A stretch of 64,000 nt of DNA. Origin: Octopus vulgaris. Its lineage: Eukaryota. A program made the position numbers and the translations under genes. Shown here in pieces: positions 1 through 15,519 of this stretch. Every line of letters begins with the position of its first letter. Positions within the stretch are counted from its first letter, which is position 1. The stretch lies in assembly GCA_951406725.2 (NCBI GenBank), contig OX597832.1, positions 63,860,001-63,924,000 of the forward strand, written 5' to 3'. Below the pieces are notes generated by a model. It had not been told where the DNA came from. It saw only the letters and a list, made by a program, of their open reading frames with translations, and did no database searches.

Positions 1-740
1 CCGTTATTATCACCTGGTGTTGTTATATTTGATTTGCAAAACTCGCCTCTATTTTCTTTCCACCTCACTGCAGTTTTTTTTCTTTATCCATTATATTCTA
101 CTTCGATTTATATTCTCTTGTCTCCCACCTCACCGCCGCCATTCTTTTCCATTCAATTGTCGTTTGTTATTCCTTCATTCTCCTTGTCGCTATCATATTT
201 TATTAATTCTCTTTCATATTTATTCAACCGCTTAACAAAACACACACTAACACGCCATTTGCCTTTTACACCTGCTGTTTTCATTTCTGAAACACATCTC
301 TCCGCTGCTGCCTATCGTTGCCTCTCTCGCCTTTTCTCTTTCTAATTCTGCCTATCAATTTATCTCTGTATCCACTAATCGATTCAGATCAATTGATTTG
401 TTTGTCAGTCCTCTTGTCCTTGACCGGTTTCTGTCTGTTTGTCTGTCATTTTTGTCTGTCACTATATTCCATCAGTCCGTCTTTGTGTGTGTGCATGCGC
501 GCACGTGCGTATGAATATATACACACAGATAATATATCTGCGTATATGCACTTAAATATACGCATGTGTGTACATGTGCTTTTTGTGTATGTGTGCGTTT
601 GTGCGAATGCATGTACGTTTCTGCAAATGTATATATATATGTACGTATACCTCTGTATGTGTGTGTATATATGTAGATATTTTTATGTACCTATATATGT
701 ATCACTTGCATATTTATATGTGTATGTGCATATGTGCATA

Positions 741-826
<86 letters not shown>

Positions 827-1288
827 AAAGCAGGTTGATATCGGTGTTCCACCAAAACTGAATTTTCAAATTCAATTCCAAGAAGGAAATTAATTTCATT
901 TGTAGAAAGATAAGAGGTAAGAAAAACGGTGAGAAAGCTTAGTGAAGAGCGAATTTTAATTAACGCTAAATTACGAACAATGATCACTAAGAAATAGGTA
1001 GGGAGAGGCTGCGCTAAGTATGCGCGCGCGCGTGTGTGTGAAGGCGACTTACCAAACACTAATAAAAACCAATTTCTGTCTGTTCCCAAGCGATTAAAAC
1101 CTTATTTATGGCGTGTATTTGAATGATAAACTTTTTTTGTATCTTTGTAAGTACGAATGATACCTGCTTTAGTGAGCAGACGTACGTGTACACATACACA
1201 CACAGACATGCACCTGTATGTACGTGTGTGACTGTATATGTATGTATGTAGTTGTACATGTATGTATATGTTTATGTATGTATGAGTG

Positions 1289-1320
<32 letters not shown>

Positions 1321-1882
1321 CAGACGTATTCCCATACATAGATAAGCATTCATTGATCAACAGCAATATGTGGGAAAGATTTACTATAACCATTGAAATC
1401 TGTTCGGTAGAATTATCTTTATCCAGACACAATGCGAACAAAACCACTCATACGACTTCAGTATTTAAATAAATTCTTTGACCCACATTAGCACAATTCT
1501 TATCTATGGTGATGCCATAACACATTCGATGTCATTTATCTTAAGAGCTATTTACGTTTGTTATGCAATCTCTGACGATTTGATAATGTAATCCTCTTTA
1601 TAAGTTTTTTTTTCCTTATTCCCATAAGGAATACGGCAATTAACGAAACCCGTGGAAGATGGCGTAATTAAACAATTTATGAACCGACACTCCGTTTTTT
1701 GTTTCTTATATTTACTTTGTTCTTATGGAGACTATTGAAAGGAAACGGAGGAAAATGCACGTTATTTACGCAGTTTTCTCTTTCGATTTATGAAGAAAAT
1801 GAAATTCTAAAAACTTGTCACACATCATACAATTTCAATTCTACTATACGATTATACATACGTGCATACAGAGAGAGAGAGA

Positions 1883-1924
<42 letters not shown>

Positions 1925-2084
1925 TGAAATTATGTATGTATATTCGGATGTATATGTATATACATGTCTGTATATATGTATATGCATATATGTATATGTA
2001 TGTTGTCTTATTATTTCATGTGTTTCAGCCCGAAGACTGTGGTCATGTAGAGGTACCGTCATTATTATCACCTTTTCAATCGCC

Positions 2085-2880
2085 TCATGTGGCTGAAGTT
2101 TAATATTGCTGTCCTCTTTTGAGTTTCTTGCCGCGATTTTGGTTCATCTGGAATGTGATACAATAGACGGTCAAGGTGCTTTTTGAAAACATCTTCCCCC
2201 ACTCCATGTCGAAATACCAGGTGTTTTCGTAGGATATTAAATAGCTGCAGGCCCTTGAATCTCAAATTATTGCAGTACCTGGTCCTTACTCTAGACAGGG
2301 TAGGTGGGATCTTTGGAACAATGCAGTGGCTCCTGTTTGGGGATTGGTGTAACTCCTGATGTCGAAGTTTGATACCAGCTCCTCAAGGAAGTTGAGTCGT
2401 AATTCTTTCAGCCTCTCCCAGTAGCTCAACTGTTTCATTGATGCAATCTTGTTGGTGTAGCACTGTGTGATGACCATAGTTGAGAGCAATAGTCCAGACG
2501 TCTGAGGATAAATGTCCTCCATACGACTAGCACAATTTCCCGGCCCCTTGTTCTGAAAGTTCCCAGAATGCATCTAGCCTTTCGCCCGCACACTGCTACC
2601 ATCTTGGTGATATGTAAATGAAACAAAACAGCGTTGCTCTTATCAATCCTCAGGTCACGTACTGTGTTTGATTCTGGGATTTCCGCTCCTTTTGGTCCAA
2701 AGTATCCTTGTTGCTGAGTGTTGTAAAAGGTGAGTGACAGCGGAGAACTTGGGAATTTTCCTGCATTAAATTGCATCCTTTCTCCATACTCTTTGCACAT
2801 GGCAGCTAAATCTTTCTGTAGACAATAAACATCGAGAGGATACTTGACTGCTCGTGCTACTTTTGTATCGTCGACATTGC
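2085..2880 (-). mobile_element. Decayed CR1/L2-group LINE fragment (RT C-terminal region and 3' end)
   Basis: Translations DDTKV..LQKDL..MQFNAGKF, VRDL, LDYCSQLWS and LSYWERLKELRL (ORFs 2435-3061, 2286-2573) match the conserved post-YADD region of CR1/L2-type ORF2; frameshifted. Confidence 0.8.
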
Positions 2881-2999
2881 TAGTATGAATGGCTGCTTGT
2901 GTAACTGATGTGTGTGTGTGTATATACGCATATATATATGTATATATATGCGTATATATATATTTATGTATATATGAATATGTAATTGTGTGTGTGTGA

Positions 3000-3060
<61 letters not shown>

Positions 3061-3719
3061 AACAATATTTCTATTGACTATTTAGCCGGAAACTAAAATG
3101 GAAGTAATATATTTTCCTTATTTACGTTTCCAGGTGGAATCCATTTTCATAGCGCTAAAGACTATTGTCTATAGTAATACAATATCAGTGTATCTTTTCA
3201 AATACGCCTCTGGTATTGATATAACATACATGTAAATGGTCTTTATTATCAAGTGACAATTATTTTAAAGTGATATAAGGCATCGAGAAAAATGGAAAAA
3301 ATGCATGAAAGCAAAATAATATTTTTTTTCTAATTTTGGCACAAGGGAAGGGGCGAGTCAGAGACATCGACCCCAGTACATGACTGGAACTTGTTTTATC
3401 GACTCCTAAAGAATGAAAGGACAAAGTCGACCTCAGAACATCACAAATCGGAAGAAATGCTGTTGTGAACATCGTCCAAAGTTCTAATGATTCTGACAAG
3501 AATCTAAGACTGCATGCCACATGCATATGTACAGACATGCATAAATGCATGCATGCACACATGTGAACAGTTGCATGTTCAGCGTAGGACATTCTTCCTT
3601 GAATATTTTTTGCATTCTTTCTCCGACATTAACGCCATAATTAGCAGCCTTTTGAAATAAGTGGTCATTCTTCTAATCATTTTTACTAAAGTAACCGTTT
3701 TTCATCAAAATCGTAGGGA

Positions 3720-4870
3720 TATCCGCCTCAAATATAAGCCTACCATTCTCTGGAATCTACTACAAACAATATGGCTAGAATGAAAATATTTTCTATGATG
3801 GGACCTGTAACAAGGAACGTGTAAACAGAGAATATTTGACCAAGATGAAGAAAACATTATCCTCGGAACTTTGCGCATGCAATGAATGCTCAGAATGTAT
3901 TTGCTGCCCCAACACTCATACCAATATTTGGGATTCTCGATTGGACGCAAGATGAGACTATTGATGTTAATATCCGGAAATTGTTAATCTGTGATAGGAA
4001 TTTCTACATCAATATTGATGTAGACCACCTTTATTTAAAGCGGAAACGAAAGGCGGCAGAGGCTTAAACATCAATCTACAACGTTTGGATATCGTATCAT
4101 ATCTCTTCTACAGCATATTTTAACCACTTAATGCCGAAGTTCTGCCATGGATTAAGTCTGAAAACGTGAAACCGATGACGTCATGAGAGTTAGAAAGAGG
4201 TTTTTCAGAAAGTATTTCCCGAGTGATGATCTGAGATACACATTCAGAGAAGCTGCACATCTCTTTTACGACGGGTTATCGGGAGAGGCTGCATACATAA
4301 CAGTGAAAGGCCATCTATAGCTATATACGCAGAAAGTTTCAAAATGGCAGCAAAAAAGACTAACAAAGGAATATTAGCTCTCATTTTGAAGGATATGCTG
4401 TTGCAATACAGGAACAAGAAACGGCAACAAAATAGCTGATCCGCAAAAGAGATAGTAATGCAAGGGAACCATCTAGATGCGACAACCGATTCAGGCTCTG
4501 TAGATTTACGCTGAAGATGTCGCCCACATGATAAGTAGATGCCTGAAAATGTCATCACGGTCTATAACCTACCTATGAGTCACGATGTCTTGGCTGAACA
4601 TTATAAGATGAAATCTGTAGAAAGAATAAACACGAGGAGACGAATATAAGAAGCTACTGTAATGTGGAGTGCCTAACCACACAAAGTATGGAACATACTA
4701 ACGAAATATCTCTGTCAAGTCTTCAATAAAATGCATTTGGCTTGTAGTACTCGTACCAGACCAATATAAATTTAAAGGACAAAATAATGGGACCGGCTCT
4801 GCTCAAAACATGTGCACTGAAATGTCCAGCGTGCAGGTTATTCAGCAAACCATGGCATTAATACCTTCAC
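3720..4870 (+). mobile_element. Decayed R4/Dong-like (RLE) non-LTR retrotransposon fragment
   Basis: NVFAAPTLIPIFGILDWT..IDVNIRKLL..FYINIDVDHLYLKR resembles the 'AINTFAIP..FGII.WT..ID...RKLL...DRLY..R..GGRGL' block of R4-clade ORFs; many stops; boundaries approximate. Confidence 0.65.
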
Positions 4871-5069
4871 ACTTTCTTCCAATAGCGATTGGGGAAGCGG
4901 CGTCGGAGATAGATAGAAGGTGAAGTCTTCAGCCTTGACCTTGCATTCGGGCGGCCATAAGGTGGTGGTCGATTTTCACAGATCTGGGGCAGATGAGGAT
5001 TTCGTTTGTCTTGCTGGAACTACATTCGTTTAATCGATGAGAGAGTGTAACGGTAACCAATCAATCTCC

Positions 5070-5195
5070 ACCCATCCATCCATCCACCCACCCATCCATC
5101 CATCCATCCATCCATCCATCCATCCATCCATCCATCCATCCACCCATCCATCCATCCATCCATCCATCCATCCATCCATCCATCCATCCATCCAT
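5070..5195. repeat. (CCAT)n microsatellite
   Basis: Direct reading. Confidence 0.95.
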
Positions 5196-5594
5196 CTCTG
5201 TCTCTCTAGTGTATGTAACTTGTAGCTACTCTCGTGACGTTGGTTGGTTTACTGTTCACGAAGTTGTCTTTTCTCCTTCTCCTCTCTTAGCATCGATATT
5301 AACAGAGTTAAATAAAAGATAGTTTAAAGGTTTTTCAATGTATCAATTGATTATTAGTATTGGGACTTGTAGAAACTAGTATTAAAGTAAAGAGATGTGA
5401 CATATTTAAGGAATGGATCATCGCTGTTAATCGATGTGTGTAAGTGATTTAGCTCCTCAAATTAGCTGTCTCTTTCCCCCTCTCTCTCTCTACTCCACCC
5501 CGGGTAAATATCGAACACTGAGAATGAGTGCTCAACACGGCATTGGTGGATGAAAATTCTTAATTTGTAAATTAACGCTTAGTATACAAACAAT

Positions 5595-5898
<304 letters not shown>

Positions 5899-7878
5899 AG
5901 CTTTATTGTATTTTTATATCTATTCAGCGACTGATTTTATCACATCAGTCAAACTTACCACTTTTAACATGGCTATAGAATCGCTCTTGTCAAACGACAT
6001 CAATTCTTGATCAATAGCAAATTTAATTGACAGCCGACTCAACTAAAAAACAAACATTTTAGAAAAAAAAACACCCCTCTTTTTCTTTTCAATGTCTTAC
6101 AATATCAGAGATCGATAACCTGATTGTCGATCATAAAATAGATATTTTATGCACGTTTTCCTTTTCATTTCCTAAGTACAGCGTAGTTTTCTTTTTTCCT
6201 TAAAGCATCAGCTGTTGTCTGCTTATACATGAATTCTGTAGTTACGCCAGTGTTAACGTTTTAAATGGAGTAAACTTAAAGAAAATAAACAAAATTCTCG
6301 TGAAAATAATTACAGTTGTCCTTCGATCTGTGCGGTATTCGATCTGTGCGGTAATTGGCTTATTAACTGGAATTAATAGTCTCTCTTCATTCTTTTGCGC
6401 CATATGGACTCAACTCACTACCTCTCTTCATCTGGCACCAACCCCACACGGATTCCCACACACCTCCCCAGTTCAGCTGCCCCTCCACCTACATACCTGC
6501 ATACCGCCTACCTCGGTACCCTCACCACGCACACACACCACTATACAAACACTCACACACACTGTTCAACTCATTACTCACTTCACACACCTTTACATGC
6601 ACACGTACAAACACCTTCCCACTCCACATACACTAGCACCCAACACTTCTCAACACCCACAACACACATCACTATCCATACACCAACACAAATCTTCAAT
6701 AGCGTCACCGCACATACCACTATACGAGCAGCCACATACACTGTTTAATTCATTACACACACCACACACCATCAGGCACACTCCCACACAAGCGCATAAT
6801 ACCGGAACTCAGACACTTTACACACACACTGCATAAACACACGCATCACGCATAAACAAAGATAACTTTCGCACACAAACATACACTATACACATGCACA
6901 CTATTTGGTCACACACACACACATACATGTGCACACACCACCTGAACAAGCACACATCAACTGCTACACACAACACACATATACGTTAGCCCCATACATG
7001 TACATACAGCCATACGCATACTCACACATACCCATACACATACACATATACACACGTCCATACGCGCGCTCACGCCAACACATATACTCACCCGTACACA
7101 CGTACTCACTCACCCCCATTCACACATACACACTCACACACACCATCCTCTCTCTCATTCACACGCTTGCGCACCTTAGTTCGTTGGGGATCACCGCTAC
7201 CAGTATTATTTTCATTGTTATTTCTCTTTCATTCAGCTTCTGTTTTTCATTCAGTTCGCCATGTTGGACCGTTGAACTCTGCAACTTTTTTACTCTCTTC
7301 GGTTTTTCATTCTCTCCCCCCCCCCCACTTAATCCATTCTGTCGAAGAGCGTAAGACCGAAACGTAAAAGACATTTCATTCACTATTTCCTACACCGGAG
7401 GCGACGAATTTTAATTCTAGTCGATTGTTCCTGGAATGAATTTTCGTCTCACCCCATATTTATTGCGTTTTTAACTAAGATCGTCTACAGAGGATGTTAT
7501 CTCAGGGCGAATATCGCAGTAACTGGCCTATCATTAGAGTATATACAATTACACATAAATGCTCATTTTAATACTCCCCCACTTGCACACACATCAAAGA
7601 AAAAGACTAGAAAAATTTGCTATATTTTTAATTCCATGTTAGACGTGTTTCATCAAAGAGAGGTGCTACAATGGTATACACGTAGAAAACATGTATAGAA
7701 TCTTCTATCTGTAATTCTTCAAAGATTAGAAAATAATACGAAATAACACTGGATGAAACTGCAATTTTCAAATGCTATTTAAATGCCTCATTTAATACAC
7801 AGCGTCCATATACGTACATTTGGTTACTGTATACGTTCAAATGTGCTTCACAAGGACACAGGTTGGATTATAAACCGG

Positions 7879-8119
<241 letters not shown>

Positions 8120-8295
8120 CACACACATATCAGAAAAAGAGATGATTAAAGGAATAAATGATTATTTTCGTAAGGTAATCAGTGATTCCTTTGTCACCTT
8201 TCTGTCTTATTACATCTCTATACTCAGCCAGCATTTCGTTCTGAACCATACGTATATTGAGTTCTACATCAGGTTATTGGTCTCGCAATGACTAA

Positions 8296-8364
<69 letters not shown>

Positions 8365-9994
8365 ATCAGTAGCAACACCAGCAATTCGATCAAGGTGTGG
8401 TTATGCAACCTACTAGAAATACCAGCCAAATTTTCAAGCCTTCCCACCCCCGTACAACCTTTGAGAATAGGAAGGACACGATAAGTTATGTAGACCTAAA
8501 TAACAATATGTCTGAATAAAAGACGATGGAATTATGGTTAGTTATTACTGGAATTGCTTTTCATCATAGATTTGTTGAATCCAGCCTGACCTTGGGCTAA
8601 ACAACAATAATAACACACCAGCAGCAGTGTCACCTAACGGCAGACGACATATCAGCTAATCAGTTTTAGGGCGGCTGTATCAGAATTCACCAGTAAAACC
8701 TTCACCCAATGGTTGATATATTTAGACGTAGTTTAGCCGCCGTAACTGCTGAAAACATCTGCGAGATTCCTCATGGTTATAAACAGCACCATTCTAACCA
8801 TCAAAAACGCTTTTGTGCTATTTTTGCGCAACAGTTGAGCTACCCTGTGGTGAGATGGGACATTTTTTCTTCATTTGAGCTAATATTAGGGGGAAATTCT
8901 CGACTACTCTATCTACTTACCTATTTGTTCGCATATCTATCTGTCTGCCAGTCTGTCTTCGTCTGTCTGTCTGTCTACGTTTTTCGTAACGACGTATATT
9001 TCTGAGAACCACTTCTACGAAAAAATTCGTACGTATTGACAATATACAAAGATGCCCTCCCTCTCTCTCTCTCCCTCCCCCCCTCTCTCTCTCCCTCCCC
9101 CTCTCTCTCTCACACACACACAAGCACACACGCACACACATTTCTTATGGTGTCAACTTTGCCTTTCATTCTTCCGGAGTCAATGAAATATCGGTCCAGA
9201 ATTGAGATGGATATTATCCATTCATCCTTCCCCTCCATCAAATATCTGGGCGTGTGCTTCTGTTAATAGTAAAGGACAATTGAATGGTAGAATGATTTAG
9301 AGAGTTGAGCAAAAATTCATTGCGGCGGCATTTGTTTCGGTACTTTCTGTTTTGAGATCAAACCTTACCGAGGTCAGCTTTGTGTTTCATCTTTTCGTGG
9401 CCGATAAAAATAAAATACCAGTCGAATACTGGGGTCGATGGTATCGACTACTTCCCCTCCCCTCAAAATGTCTGGCCTTAGTTTTTTTTTTTTTTCATTT
9501 GTTGTTTTCGTTCAAATTAAGAAGATTCTGTGGTGTTTTCTCATATTTTGATAACCAATGCTGTCAACACGTGCAGTGATGACGTCTGCCTTAAACTTAT
9601 CTGTTACCATAACAACCAGACTAATGTTTGCCATTGTGTGTCCAAGTACACAAATACACCTACATCCACCCACACACATGCATATACACAGGCAAACACA
9701 AACCCATGTGTGTGTGTGTGTGTGTGTGTGTGTATTCGGGGTCGCTGATTCTGAAAACAGCACTAATTAATTAAGTAATGAGCTGCTATTTTGATAGAAT
9801 AACTGTATCGATGCTATTAATATATTTGCTATTGAAACAACCACATTATTCAATCAGTTTACTGTAGCGGAATCGTTAGTGTGTCGGAAAAGTGTACTTC
9901 CTGTCTTTTGTTTTGGTTCTTAACGCTCTGAGTTCTAATCCTACCGAAGTCAACATTACTTTTCATCCTCTCGAAATCGATAAATAATGTAAAG

Positions 9995-10666
9995 GGTTCA
10001 CATGCCGTTTACCGTCGTAAAATGGTGAAAGTAAATTATTCTTAGGAAATTAAATTTTTCTTCCGATAGAAACCGGAAGTGATGACAGAGACATCCTGTA
10101 ATTTCATATATGCACCATGTGACGTATGAATGTATCCAGCACATAAATGTACATAGATTTTAATATAACATGAAAACCGTACACATGTGTTATATAAGAT
10201 GAAAACAATCAGATTTACGGGAATCATAACAGCCATTGATGCACGAAATGAGATTCGTAAATAGTTTTTCACCATTTCTAAATTTGTCTCGCCACAAATG
10301 CTCATGAAGATACGATGTATATAAATCATTGCTGTTCCTATGTTGTTGTCTAATTTTCTACTTGGCGAGCATCCATCGCCCTTCTATAACCTGTATAAGG
10401 ATGCTGTCATCGTTTGGATCAACAAAACTGAGTGAATGGTTGGCTCTTTTACTTGTTTCAGTCATTTGACTGTGGCCATGCTGGAACACCGCCTTTAGTC
10501 GAGCAAATCGACCCCAGGACTTATTCTTTGGATGCCTATTACTTATTCTTTGGATGCCTATTACTTATTCTATCGGTCTCTTTTGCCGAACAGCTAAGTT
10601 ACGGGGACGTAAACACACCAGCATCGGTTGTCAAGCGATGTTGGGGGGACAAACACAGGTACACAA

Positions 10667-10697
<31 letters not shown>

Positions 10698-10942
10698 TAT
10701 ATACGACGGGCTTCTTTCAGTTTCCGTCTACCAAATGCTTTGGTCGGCCCGAGGCTCTAGTAGAAGACACTTCACTACGTATAGAGTTGCCAAAACCCGC
10801 AAAGAAAGCTCAACCATCGGATATCAAATGTGTTTCATGAAATTTTGCTATATCACAGTCGTCACTTCAGCTTGCAATATGTTTCCATTTTTTAAGGGCT
10901 ATTTGCTTTCAAAATTTTACGACGGTAAACTGCATGTTAACC
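9995..10942. mobile_element. Non-autonomous TIR element inserted into a type A SINE and itself carrying a type B SINE
   Basis: ggttcacatgccgtttaccgtcgtaaaat (9995-) is the near-perfect reverse complement of attttacgacggtaaactgcatgttaacc (-10942); SINE A sequence stops near 9990 and resumes near 10950. Confidence 0.7.
10445..10772 (-). mobile_element. SINE type B (internal CA/TG microsatellite), 5'-truncated
   Basis: Reverse complement matches the full copy at 27025-27415; has an internal tandem duplication of acttattctttggatgcctatt. Confidence 0.85.
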
Positions 10943-11808
10943 AAATGCAGTAACAGTCAAGTCCGGGAGTTGATGTCATAAGCTAACCTCACTCTCCAAA
11001 ATTGGGCCAAAATTTGAAATAATTTTTATGAAACTTGATGGATCGACAGAATCATTGGAGCTCCAGCGAGTGTCGACCCATCGCCTTAACCCATATATAC
11101 CGCTGGTTGCGTTTTCGCAACGCAAAACCTGCTCCTACTTTTTTGGACATGAACTTGCCAGGAAGCCTCTGACTGATCATACGAAATGCTCTGTAGATAG
11201 TCGACACTCGTAGACAACAGTTGCATACTGTCCTTCTCTCCTCGATTGTAAAAGCTTACCATAACGTTTAATCTAAATACTATGAAATTTTTTATGGGCG
11301 TTACACGAACTAAAGATCGTTAATAAATAAACCAGACTGAGACACCACTCCCTGCTCCATTCACCCACCCCTCACTCTTCTATTGTTTCTTCTCACTGAT
11401 ATAATCCCTCAGTTGACTGAAATGTACAGTTTTAATTACGTTTTCTAATTTCGTCTTCGGACTTCTGATCTATTTATCTCATTCATTTATCTCAGAGCTG
11501 AGAGGAACAAAATGAATGCCGCTTTTGTAATGACTCTAGACTAATTAATACATATAGCCGTCTCTCGCTTTCTAAATCACACGTAAAAACATACACACGT
11601 GCGTGTGTGTGTGATTTGGTGAGAGGTGGCTATGTGTATCTACTAATGTGTGTGTGTGTGTGTGTGTGTACATAGATAAATTATCGAATCACAAGAAAAC
11701 AAGTATTATGTCATCAACGTAACTATCTTGCAGACGTTTTTGCCATGAGAAGCAGCACATGCAGAGCTGAGTGCTCTGCTTTTTGTAGCAGAAACAGCTG
11801 TAACCTAA

Positions 11809-12039
11809 GGCAGCGAGCTGGCAGAAACGTTAGCACGCCGGGCGAAATGTTTAGCGGTATTTCGTCTGCCGTTACGTTCTGAGTTCAAATTCCGCCGAGG
11901 TCGACTTTGCCTTTCATCCTTTCGGGGTCGATAAATTAAGTACCAGTTACGCACTGGGGTCGATATAATCGACTTAATCCCTTTGTCTGTCCTTGTTTGT
12001 CCCCTCTATGTTTAGCCACTTGTAGGCAATAAAGAAATA
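11809..12039 (+). mobile_element. SINE type A (tRNA-derived head, Meta-like core gactttgcctttcatcctttcggggtcgataaa), full length with 19-bp TSD
   Basis: agaaacagctgtaacctaa flanks both sides (11790-11808, 12040-12058); the core resembles the MetaSINE domain from memory; many related copies in the window. Confidence 0.9.
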
Positions 12040-12511
12040 AGAAACAGCTGTAACCTAATAAAGTTGATGACGTCATTCTGTTCTCTTGCCATTCAAAATT
12101 TTACTTTTTATACTGTCAGTCATTGGACTGGGGTACCACCTTGAAGAATTTTGAGTCGAATGTATCGACCCGAGTACTTACATGTTTTAAAAACATGGGT
12201 TTGTGTTTGCCTGTGTATATGAATGTGTGTGGGTGGGTGTAGGTGTATTTGTGTACTTGGACACACAATGGCAAACATTAAAAAGCCTGGTACTTATTCT
12301 ATCGATCTCTTTTGTCGAACTGCTAAGTTATAGGTGGTATAAACACACCAGCACCAGTTAGAAAATTACTATTTTTAAATCTCACAACTTGAGATATTAA
12401 GCAACAGTACTTTGATAAGATTGTTTGCCAACATAACACGGGAGTCCTGGTTTAGGACGAAGTTGTCCCAGGAGACATCGTCTCCAGCTGGCTAACTTAC
12501 AGGTATGTATG

Positions 12512-12552
<41 letters not shown>

Positions 12553-12611
12553 CATATCTGTATGTATGTATATATATATATATATATATACACACACATA
12601 TATATATATAT

Positions 12612-12728
<117 letters not shown>

Positions 12729-12734
12729 CACACA

Positions 12735-13655
12735 CGAGGGAAGTAAAAAATTATCTGCACTTTCGCCATAACATATCTTTATTATTCTTTTCTTCTCTAA
12801 GCACAAGGCCCCAAATTTTGGGGGAGGGGGCCAGTCGATTAGATCGACCCCAGTACGCAACTGTGACTTAATTTATAGACCCCGAAATGATGTAAAGCAA
12901 AGTTGACCTCAGCGGAATTTGAACTCAGAACGTAGAGACAGACGAAATATCGCTAAGTATTTCGCCCGGCGTGCTAACGTTTCTGCCAAACTCACCGCCT
13001 TACATATCTTTATTATTGTCATACTGCCTTCTGCGCATGCGTATTTGTAGTTGGTACTATTGTGATCATGTGATCGAAGTTTGAACCTGACCGTACCATT
13101 TTTCTTTCTGGCTTTATAGTGTAAACAATCCGCTCCACTAGCAATGTGCATCAACGAAGAACAAAGAACAGTGATCCGATCAACTGTGCAAGATACAATG
13201 CTCTGCTGGCCAACAAACTAAAGCCAGCAATTTGTACCAAAAGCCGAAGCCTATTGTCGAAAAAAAGTTTTTGTCGTTGAATGACAATACACGCCCACAC
13301 ACGGCCGCTCAGACAGTTGAAATCATTAAGCAATTGGGTTTTGAGGTGCTGGAACTCCATGCCTACAGCCCAGATCTCGCCCCTTTCGACTATCATATCT
13401 TTGGACCGCTCGAAGATGGTTTAGGAGGTCGTCGATTTCATACGGATGCAGATGTAAAGGAAGCGGTGGATAAATGGTCGTACGACCAACCGAAAACCTT
13501 CTTCATGGAGGGAATAACCAATCTTGTGGAGCGTTGAACGAAGGACATCGAAAAGGAAAGAGATTATATAGAAAAATGACGTACTGATTTATCCTCTGCT
13601 TTTCTGTGAATACATTGGAAAAACAAGAAGACGTATAATTTTTAACTCTCCCTCG
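12735..13655 (+). mobile_element. Internally deleted mariner (DD34D) transposon with TIRs; transposase pseudogene
   Basis: ORF 13232-13537 has DNTRPH...YSPDLAPFDY with 34 residues between the two Asp; TIRs cgagggaagtaaaaaattat / ataatttttaactctccctcg followed by TA. Confidence 0.9.
12787..13001 (-). mobile_element. SINE type A inserted in the mariner, 16-bp TSD
   Basis: acatatctttattatt at 12771-12786 and 13002-13017. Confidence 0.9.
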
Positions 13656-13700
<45 letters not shown>

Positions 13701-13749
13701 CTTTCTCTCTATACCTATCTATAGGTATGTGTGTATATCTATACATATA

Positions 13750-13785
<36 letters not shown>

Positions 13786-14582
13786 TGTGTGTATATAGAC
13801 ATATATGTGCATGTATGTATATATATATATATGAGTGTGTGTGTGTATACATGTGCTTATATGTATATACGTACAAACATATATGTGTGTGTGTACCATA
13901 TATATATATAAAATCTTTTACAGACAGTATTGAGAGTGACTTCGGCCTTTCGGCCTGTTAGCCTTCGTCGGACTATCCATTGAAGGCCAACCAACCGAAA
14001 CTTTGATATTATACTATTATCACTATTCTTAAAAAAAAAAATTTAATAAAAAAGAATGCTCTCTAGAAAACGTATCACGTAATTCCTCAGTTTAATATGA
14101 AATCATTATACGTCCACAGATGCAAATATCAAAACGTAGAATGGAATGTTACAAATATCTGGATTCGAATCGATTTTCCCAGTGCAGAGCAAATTGCTCT
14201 ATTTTCGGGTTTGTTACACTTTTAGATGCCTTTTGTAACAAGATCCTCTCTAAGTAAGCAGACTCCAGTAACTGTTTATTTTTTACCTTTTTGCTTTTAT
14301 ATTTCTCTTTTCATATTTATTTTATGATACCGTGATGCTTACACGAAAGTATTACGTCAATAGCGAATGAATATGTGTGTGTTTGCGTGCGCGCGCGCGT
14401 ATTGTGCGTCTGTGTATATTGTGTGTGTGTCTATATATATAATATATACATAGTGTGTGTGTATATAGATATGCCTGAGTGTATGTGAATGTATATGCAA
14501 ATATGTATATTTGTGTGTGTGAATATATATATATTTTTTCCTCTCTTCAGCCATGCGGCTGTGGTCCCACACTCTCTCTCTT

Positions 14583-14613
<31 letters not shown>

Positions 14614-14737
14614 CTATATATATATATGTTAATAAAATAGAACATATATATATATAAACATATATGTACGTACCTCCTCTACATGTACATATTCATATAT
14701 GTGTTCGAACACATTAGACACAAACCAAGGAACAAGA

Positions 14738-14838
<101 letters not shown>

Positions 14839-14869
14839 AATATATATATGAACTCATTTATATCTTCAG

Positions 14870-15312
14870 TTTGGGTGAATCAGTCGCTTGCTACTCTGAA
14901 TGTCACCTATTGGTGCACGGATTCTTCTTGCAAGTGGTGACGACTTGCCTGAAGATCTTGTGCAATTACAGGTGAAACTCAGGGTTGCAAGAAACTGACA
15001 CGACCAAAATGATGATGGTCGTCTCTCGTTGTCCGAGAAAGACGTTTCTGTAACCTCGTGTAGAAACCTGCAGAAATGATTCGTTTTATAGGGAAACATA
15101 CGTAGCTACCGTACATTAGCTCACTCCCTCCATCAAATCGACGTTGCCTGAACAGGTGCACGGTGTTCCACGCGTCAGGTGTCGAAGTGTTTGCGCAGCA
15201 ACGTGAGAGGAAGTGTTTTGCCGAAGAGCACAACACACCATCCAGTCCAGGAATTGAAACCACGATCTTGTGATCGTGAATGCAGCAACCTAACCTCGAG
15301 GCCAAGCTGCCT
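14870..15312 (-). mobile_element. SINE type C (tRNA head, gtgtccttgagcaagacact-type core), diverged
   Basis: Reverse complement resembles the copy at 49842-50163. Confidence 0.65.
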
Positions 15313-15453
15313 CATTGACCATAATAATATATCACATGCTCATACATATAGGACACAAAGAAATTCTCAGTTGAAGCTATTTGCAGAATAATAGTGTTTG
15401 GTGGTGACTAGACAGTGCGATTCCATACTGTAACCTGGGGTTTCATATTTGTT

Positions 15454-15519
<66 letters not shown>

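Noticed and set aside
6300-7160. His/Thr/Pro-rich ORFs of 117-178 aa
   Set aside because: Degenerate CA-rich low-complexity DNA, open in several frames because of composition.
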